Assembly: GCF_000143415.4 (NCBI RefSeq)
Contig: NW_003314281.1
Coordinates: 1,042,833 to 1,106,832 of the forward strand
Direction: 5' to 3'
Length of the DNA stretch: 64,000 bases
Source: Selaginella moellendorffii
Lineage: Eukaryota > Plantae > Lycopodiophyta
The notes under the pieces were generated by a model. The model saw only the letters and a list, made by a program, of their open reading frames with translations, was not told the DNA's origin and did not search any database. Positions 56,816 through 64,000 of the stretch are shown one piece after another. Position 1 is the first letter of the stretch. The number at the start of each line of letters is the position of its first letter. Made by a program: the position numbers and the translations under genes.

Positions 56816-57535
56816 TTCCCGACAGAACGCCAGTTTAATTATTTATTGTTCACAGACTAAATGTTGTTTAGTTTGTGTGTGTGTACGTATATATATTTTA
56901 AATTTGAGGAATCCGGATTTGAAGGAACGTCCAGTGGAGCTCAATCATCACATATCCATAAATTCTGGAGGGCTGAATGTTATGGCGAACCTCAGGCCTA
57001 TTTGCTGCGCACTTCCACTGAGTAAGCAGACCCCTTAGACAAAGCACGATTGGGAAAACAACCAATTGGGTGGATGAGAGTTGTAATGTTGTCATGGTAT
57101 GAAGTAAAATCTTTAAATATATCATCCATCAAAAGTGAAAAAAAGAAAATAAATATTGAGCTTACCTGCCTCAAAACTTATTTATATTTGCTCTGCAGAT
57201 TTACAACAAAACACAGAAAACAAAGAAGCATATAAGCTTGAACGAGATGCCATCAGACTAGGACAGGATCAACTCGAACAACACATACCACCTCGCGTAA
57301 GGTGGCTGTATGCTCGTAGTTAAGATGCAACTCCAAGCACGTCTTGAATCACGGTGGAACAGCCCTGCGAAAGTAAGCAAAGGTATAAAAAGAAAAACGA
57401 GAGCAATCTAACTTACTAGTAGAGAAAAACGCATGGTGCCGAGACAAAACTTGTGGCCGACTTCCAGCTCAGGAAGTCCAAAACTCTCCAACTAGAGCTT
57501 CATTATCATGGGCTTGTGCTTCAAAAGACTGCATA

Positions 57536-57763
57536 TTACTTCCAGGAACTAGACTGCAACATTGTATAATCACACGTGTCACCAAAACCCCCACGCAAAG
57601 GCTTGAAACAATCCTGACGTAGTTTGCGAAGGAGTATCTGAAATGCAGAAGATTCAACATTAAAATCTGGGCTTATGAACATGGCCGCAGAAGAGCTTAT
57701 TTGTGTCATAACACAAATGAGATGAAAACAATTATGAAGACTCAGCTTCTGAAAATTGCCCAT
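57536..57763 (-). pseudogene. Degenerate second copy of the knottin-like peptide gene
   Basis: Deletions in the signal peptide and across the CC..C core relative to 55146-55415. Confidence 0.65.
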
Positions 57764-58138
57764 TTCCCTCTAGAGCCAGAGCAAAAGTTATGTCCTCGTC
57801 TTACACATTTATATATACATATATACAAAGTCAGCTCTACAGTGGATACGACCACGTCACACTGTGCATATGGTTGCTTAAAAATTTAAAGCCTCGAGTC
57901 ACATTCAATCATACACGCAATTGGTTAAAGTTACCTGGAAAACTGATTATAATTCGCCAGGTGTTTCTATGGAACATGATACAATCCACTCTCTTGTGAG
58001 CAGATATTCCGTCAATATAACGGAATGTGCTCCCTGCCCTCCGTCAGTCAGTGGTTTCGCGGAGTGAATATTCGGTGTGGATTTAAAAAAGAACTGTGTA
58101 GAGATGTCCGTCGCCTGTCTCCCCCGCGTGTGTGAGGA

Positions 58139-58678
58139 ATGGAGGTTTTTCCACTGCTTGCGCTTCGAATCAGGCTTGTGATCCAGAAGCTCAAACGCGC
58201 CGCGCTCAGGCTTAAAGGTAGATCGTCCATTGCTCTTTGGATCCCAGAGATTTAGCTTCTTATCAGGAAAGAAGAAGAGGAAGAGATCCACAGAGCAGAG
58301 AATCCAGCCGGCTAGAAGAACACCCAAGGAAATCAAGAGAGAATATGGATTTGAGGTCCGCAAATCAACTGGCAATAGAGATGCTAGCTTTGTTTTGGAT
58401 CTTACTTGAGGGCCTCTCTCTTATTGACAGGATTCTCCAGCAGCGAAGGCCAGAGCTGCTCTAGCAGAGCGCCAGGAGAAGCTCAAGGTAAAGTGGATCT
58501 ACTCTTTTTTAGAGTAGGAAGAGAGATTCCAGCCCAGATTCCCACTATCTCACTTTAAACAACGCTCCAGAGGGTAGAGGACAAGGCCCAAGCACTACAC
58601 AGCAATTCGGAGAACTTCGCCGCGACGGCGAGAGAGCTGGAGAAGATGATGGCCTCTCGCAAATGGTGGCAAGTTTAG
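58139..58678 (+). CDS. Soluble tomosyn-type R-SNARE-only small protein, copy 2 (exons 58139-58217, 58267-58355, 58431-58487, 58571-58678; 110 aa)
   Basis: Spliced: MEVFPLLALRIRLVIQKLKRAALRLK|GKKKRKRSTEQRIQPARRTPKEIKREYGFE|DSPAAKARAALAERQEKLK|RVEDKAQALHSNSENFAATARELEKMMASRKWWQV*; all introns GT-AG. Confidence 0.75.
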
Positions 58679-58864
58679 AAAGATTGATCGTTCGTTCGTT
58701 AGCTCTTCGTCAAACAAACAAAAGAACTAGGCTCGATCGATTTTGATGATCGAGTAGTTCGCGTAGTTCTTTCTAGAATCCACCTCGCTAAAGCAATGAG
58801 AGGGAGGGACGTGGACGCGCGCTTGTAAATCTCGTTGATCGATTCGAAAGTGACAAGATCGGCT

Positions 58865-61800
58865 TTAGATTTCCCACCATTTTCTAGACTCCATTTTCTT
58901 CGCGAGCTCTTCAGCCATTGATGCAAAGTTCTCTGCGCTGTCTTGCATTTCTTCCGTCCTCCGGTTTATGTTCTGTTACCAGCCGGACAACGTTAGGCTC
59001 TTTGGATTGCAGAAAGAACATGCTCACCTGCAAGCGCTCCTGCCGTTCCATCAATCGATCTCTGGTGTGTGCCGCGGCGCTGCTTGCTTCCTAAACCCCA
59101 TTCATGCAAAATCGAGTGAGTGAATGAGCTGAAAGAAACTTCTCTGGTAGTTAGTTACCGCAGATCTTTTGTGACCATAGGCTGCCTTGATCTCTTCGGC
59201 TGTTCGCATTGTCGGCGTTTTGCTTGATTGTTTAGTCTCCGTTGAGCCACCTTCAAAAAGCATATTTCTCTCCTCGTCCTCGTCCCCTTTGATAGAAGCT
59301 TTCTTCTTGCCTGCTAAAAGCAAACGATTGTAAGATTGATTCTTGTACTAGAAAGAAGTACCTTTGTTGAAGCTACTTCTCAACTTTCTCATCACACCGC
59401 CCTTTTTTACCGAGCCTTCCGAAGGCGATGGCGATGGCGATTTCAAGTCGTCGTCACCGAGATCGATGTCATCTGCAGAGCCATAGTGTGAGAGAGAAAG
59501 AGAGAATTGGAACCTTGACCTTACCAATATCTAACTCAGTTTCTTTATCAGGACTGTCGGTCTGCCGCTCAGTATGTTGCTCGGCATTTCGATCACTATG
59601 GCGTTCGTTGGAAGAAGACTCTGAACTCGCAGCCGCCTTCAGCCTTTTCACTATACTAGTTCCATGGGAGGCGACCGGTGACACTTGCTTCGAGAAAAGC
59701 TTGGGGAGCTCAAGGGCCGTACGCTCCCCGCCCACAGCATTGCCTAGAGAATGCTTTAATTCTTTCATAACTCCGCCAAAAAGATCCTGGATCTGACTTT
59801 GCTGTAGAACGAAAGACATTTACATTTACATCAGTCAGTAAGCCAAGAGAAAAAACAAGCTCTCACCTTCTTCTTGGCTGCTTGAACACTCGCTTTGATG
59901 GCTGCTTCTGTTGCTGTGGCAACATCTTTATCGTATAGTAGCGGGTAAGAGCCCGGTAACCTGTTCCAAATGTTTTAGCTATTAAAGAAACTTTCCACTA
60001 ACACACCTCATGTCGTTTTCATCTGCAACGACTGACATAAACAAAACCTCCTGATCTGCATCAACCTGTCAAAAGACCATTCAGTATGGAGATGATGGAA
60101 AATGATAGTCGACATACTGCAGTTACACGTCCATTGGATGCTACAGCAAAAGTTCTGAAGAAGCTTGGACTGCTGCCAAATTCCCAACGTAAAGACTCAC
60201 TTAGCGAGGTTAATTTGATAACCTCCAACGCTGGTAACGACCTGCTGGCACAAAGAACATTAAAACAATGCATTACAACCCTGGCAACGTTACCGGATTT
60301 CAATATCACCGGTATCATATAAAAGAAGAAGACCGGAGCCGTGTATTCCGCTATCAAATACCGATGCCGCGCAGCAAGGCTTTTCAAGTCTTTCTTTTCT
60401 AATTGTTGTTCGCATTCCCTGAAACAAAGCATTTGGAACAAAACCTTTGAATTCTTTAGAATAACGAACCTGAAGAACAGATGAAATAGAATACACGCGC
60501 AATGAATCTTCAGAGCATAATAGTACGAGGTTGTCAGATCCTGTCCAGTCGTCGTCCTGTTTCACATCCTCCTCTATTTCTTCGTTCCCTTCGGCAGGTT
60601 CAATATGGCTACCTGAGCTGTCAGTCTCAATAACAGCCATTACAACGGACCGTTTAGAGGCTTTCCTTGAAGGAGCTCGAGATACTGATTTTACTGACGA
60701 TCCTGATGGATCTGATTAAGAGGACATACAATTCAGCATCCAGCTAGCTTTTGGAAAAAAGGGAGAAAGGCGTACCGAGAACATGTAGAGAAATCGCAAC
60801 GGAAGGATTATTAGGACGACCAGAGCCAATAGTCTTCCCGCTGCTGCCATCAATTGCAGCAATACACGCATCCTTCAGTAACACAAGCACAATAGTGTCT
60901 TGTTTGAACGATTTTGGGTCGCGTGCTAGAAGACTTATAAAACAAGACGAGACAATTCCTGAGGGACTCCCACATTTCCCATGGAAACGAACCACGCAAG
61001 CTTCGATATCGAACAAGGTAACCTGTTTCAAAAACCCGATCAGTCGTAAAAACAATAAATGCTTGTGCATACCAATCCATTGTCATCGCCAATTGCAATA
61101 CAACGACAGTCGGTTCTGATAGTTAAGCTTCTGATTGGTGCTGTGTGGAGGTTTAGAATAGCAAAACACTGAAACCCAGCAGAATACTCTATTTCTCTTT
61201 CTGCAGGCGGAAGGTGATTCTGTAAGCTTTGTGACGCAAAAACAAATTTTACTTGTCGATGGCTCGTTCTTGCTGATAAAATGGCACGTCCCTTCCCCCG
61301 ATTCGCCTTGCATTGTATATACAAAAACCTGCGCGTGGTGAAATTCATATCCATTGGGTAATTCTCCAAAAAGAAACTTACAAGACCAGCCTCGTCACCA
61401 GCTGCTAGCAGCCCAACCGTTGGACAGAAGTCAATAGCACATGTGGAGGCTAATTCCGATCCTACCAGCTCCTGTACAATGGTTTTCAGCGTTTGGAGTT
61501 ACACAAATCATTCGCTTACTCTATTATTCACCGACGCCAAAAAATAGAGACATGGTGTTGAAGCGTCCCAAACGTTGATCAGACCATTTTCATGACCAGT
61601 TATGTAGAGACAGGGTGGCGACCTTCTGTCAACGGTAGTAGAGCTGAAGTTTCCGCCACTGACAGGCCATCTCATTCCTGATGGAAACGCAGGAGGCACG
61701 TTACCCTTCAATAAGCGTGGAATCTGATCCATAAAAAGATTAGGCATACATCATAAAGCAAGAAGAACGAGCCTACCTTCAGTATAATACTTGCAACTAT

Positions 61801-63577
61801 ACTTTGATCTGGAATGGCCAACAGTCTCGCACACGTGACTGTAGAAAACGTCAAAGGAAGCTGGAAGGGAACAGGTTGAGCAGGAGGCTTCTCAGCTTTT
61901 ATAGAGTCGTAGATGTTGGCTTCCTCATACACATCCAAAGAACCAGGTGATGAAAGCACCAACATCGCTCCGTTCCCGATACTCGGGCCACTAGGCAATA
62001 TAATCACGTCCGCAAAAGGTCCACGAAGTGGGAGTTGCATTTGACAAGCAGGATCTGTTACAGGTAAGACCTGCAAGAAAGGAAGATAAGAAAGATGCAG
62101 GCACAAAATGTAAAGACAAACCGTCACAACTTCCGCCATTCCCATTTCCTGTCCTCCAAACACGTAAAGGTAACCACTAGGCCCCTTGTCACTCTTGACA
62201 GAAGTAGACCACCTCATCACCACGACCGGCATTCGAAATTCCTCCGAAGATAAAATGATCTTGAGAACTGGTGAGCTCGAAACGTCTGGTTTTTCTGCTT
62301 TTCCCTTGGGATTGACAGGGATGTTCCACAACCAGATATCACCATCTGTGTAGCCGCAAGCGAGTAGCGTGCCAGACGGGCATGCCCAGCACGCACAGCA
62401 CGGTTCCTTCTCTTCCTCGTCACTACCTGAAGATTTCCCGCCAGAAAGTTTTCTCTGCTGATCTTCGGTTCCTCCGCGGATGGCAAGGACTTGAGCTTCA
62501 TGAAGTCCCCACAATACAATAACACCGTTCCCATAGACAATAACAACCCTGGAAAAAGAAAAATCAGGACGATATCAGTCCCAGAAACAACCAGAAACTA
62601 TTAGTTTTTTCTTTTTCATTTCTCTTGCCTGCTATGAACAGCATCGGGTTGAGGAAGAATGCTCACCACCGACGGTGCACTTGAGTCGTCCGTATCTATC
62701 AATCCACCTGCAATCGAATAGATAATAAAGAACTGCTAAAACATTTTCGCTAGAAACGTACTTAATGTCAAATGGGCAGGAACTGTGTATTGCATCTCGA
62801 CAAAACAACGATCCTCGTTGTTGAAATGGAGTACAGAAACCTGCCCGGTTTCATCTCCAACGTACCTGAAAGAACATATAAACAACACCAAGTTAATACA
62901 ACATGAGATACCAGACAAAAAACTCATACATAAATGCTGTTGCTTGAATAACTGCGAACGCAGTGATGTCAGCTTCCCACGTTTTAGACGAGACAAGCTC
63001 CTTTGTACTCAAGTCCCAAACCTGTCCAAATACCAACGAACATACTCTCAAGAACAGCAAGAAAGGTAACGAAGAAAATCCAAAGCTACCTCGATTTCGT
63101 TGCGAGTTGTGACATGGATCAATCGTCCTTCATTGTTAACGAACTGTGAAAAGGGACTCATTTCATGGCTAAACAACAACACACCCAAATAAACTACCTC
63201 GAGATATTTACAAGGCGCATTCGCGGGCGATTTGAAAAGAACTTCAACTCCTTCACGGCCAAAGATTTTGATCCTTCCATCCCTGTGCCAAAATAAAATC
63301 CGAGAAGACTAACGAAAGAGATCGCTTGCATGCTGACAAACCTTGAGGCAATTGCCAATAAACGCTGGCCGGGCTCATACGCGAGGACAGAGGCCGAGGC
63401 AGGAATCCCGTGATGAACAGTTAGTCTCAGATCCACATGCGTGGGCTTGAGACTATTCACTGATTTCGGGGATGATGCCTGTAATGCAGATTCCAATCAA
63501 ACATTGCCTCGATCCGGGAGGCTGGAGCTTACCTCGCCACTGCCACTGGATTTCTGCTGGATCACGCGCTTAAACAT
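58865..63577 (-). CDS. Tomosyn / Lethal-giant-larvae-like WD40 protein with C-terminal R-SNARE, many exons
   Basis: [48 protein letters not shown], and C-terminal MERQERLQ|[35 protein letters not shown]. Confidence 0.9.
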
Positions 63578-63650
63578 CGCTGCTACGAATCAGGCATCAC
63601 CTGAGCCGATCCATCTTGATTTCACGGGCAATGCGGCCCTGCTGCCACAA

Positions 63651-63965
63651 AACCCTAGCCCCGGATCGGCGAGCGATCCAACACGCAATATTACCACGCA
63701 GATCGATGCGCGCAGCGACGAGATCCAGCGCGATCAACAGGAGGAGGCGCCAGAGCGGATTTGGGGCGAAGAGAGCGCCACAATGAACGAGGAAATGAAG
63801 AGAAATGTCGACGGCGTCCATTGGTGAGGCCAAGGCTAAAAGACCTAAGACTTACGAAATTTGGGCCATATGGTCCATTCAACTATTGTACGAATATTCG
63901 CATCGTGCTTAGTTATTCTCTCTAAAGCAAAGCCAATCGAAGCCGTCCACCCGGAGCCAATCGCG
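63651..63965. promoter_or_regulatory. Tomosyn upstream region with telo-box-like AAACCCTAG, site II TGGGCC and CCAAT boxes
   Basis: aaaccctag at 63651, tgggcc at 63862, ccaat at 63933 and 63957. Telo-box-like motifs also lie near other gene ends/starts (41105, 45378, 50023, 54091). Confidence 0.4.
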
Positions 63966-64000
63966 TCCGTCTCATTTTCATGAAGCATATTCTTTAATCA

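Larger units (their letters stand above)
54200..59170. repeat. Tandem segmental duplication (unit 1 ~54200-56820, unit 2 ~56895-59170)
   Basis: Colinear matching blocks throughout (54374 vs 56963, 55415 vs 57763, 55741 vs 58139, 56640 vs 58981) with indels. Confidence 0.92.

Noticed and set aside
55839-58464. ORF-track peptides in the duplication (MDPRDLASYQERRR, MDDLPLSLSAARL, MISSGGLLAGW)
   Set aside because: Alternate frames or antisense of the spliced SNARE-only genes; they recur only because of the duplication.

Overview
Gene-dense plant nuclear DNA with very short (about 50-100 nt) introns and tiny intergenic gaps. The GID1 receptor, SS/LL-rich PLS-PPR genes, cyanovirin-N homolog and lectin-aerolysin genes point to a lycophyte, most likely Selaginella (inference). 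Housekeeping genes: PP2C, 5-oxoprolinase, CHI-fold FAP, OEP16, CDC48B, PXA-PX protein, ADS/FAD5 desaturase, tRNA-Lys(UUU), GID1, NTAN1, alpha/beta hydrolase, FtsHi1, plastid AspAT, UFM1, SWI2, two PPRs, mitochondrial IF2, CASP-like, EAF6 and tomosyn/Lgl. Two accessory loci stand out. (1) A head-to-head pair of jacalin-like lectin + aerolysin pore-forming genes (26.6-29.9 kb) whose promoters and lectin domains form a ~1 kb near-perfect inverted repeat, while their pore domains are strongly diverged; a 100-N gap lies at the centre. (2) A ~2.3-2.6 kb tandem duplication (54.2-59.2 kb). Each unit carries an intact four-exon gene, invisible in the ORF track, for a ~110-aa soluble protein made of only a basic N-terminus plus a tomosyn-type R-SNARE motif, and a decaying knottin-like peptide gene. 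The second unit lies tail-to-tail with full-length tomosyn. All exon structures were inferred by hand from GT/GC-AG signals and reading-frame continuity; no searches were run.
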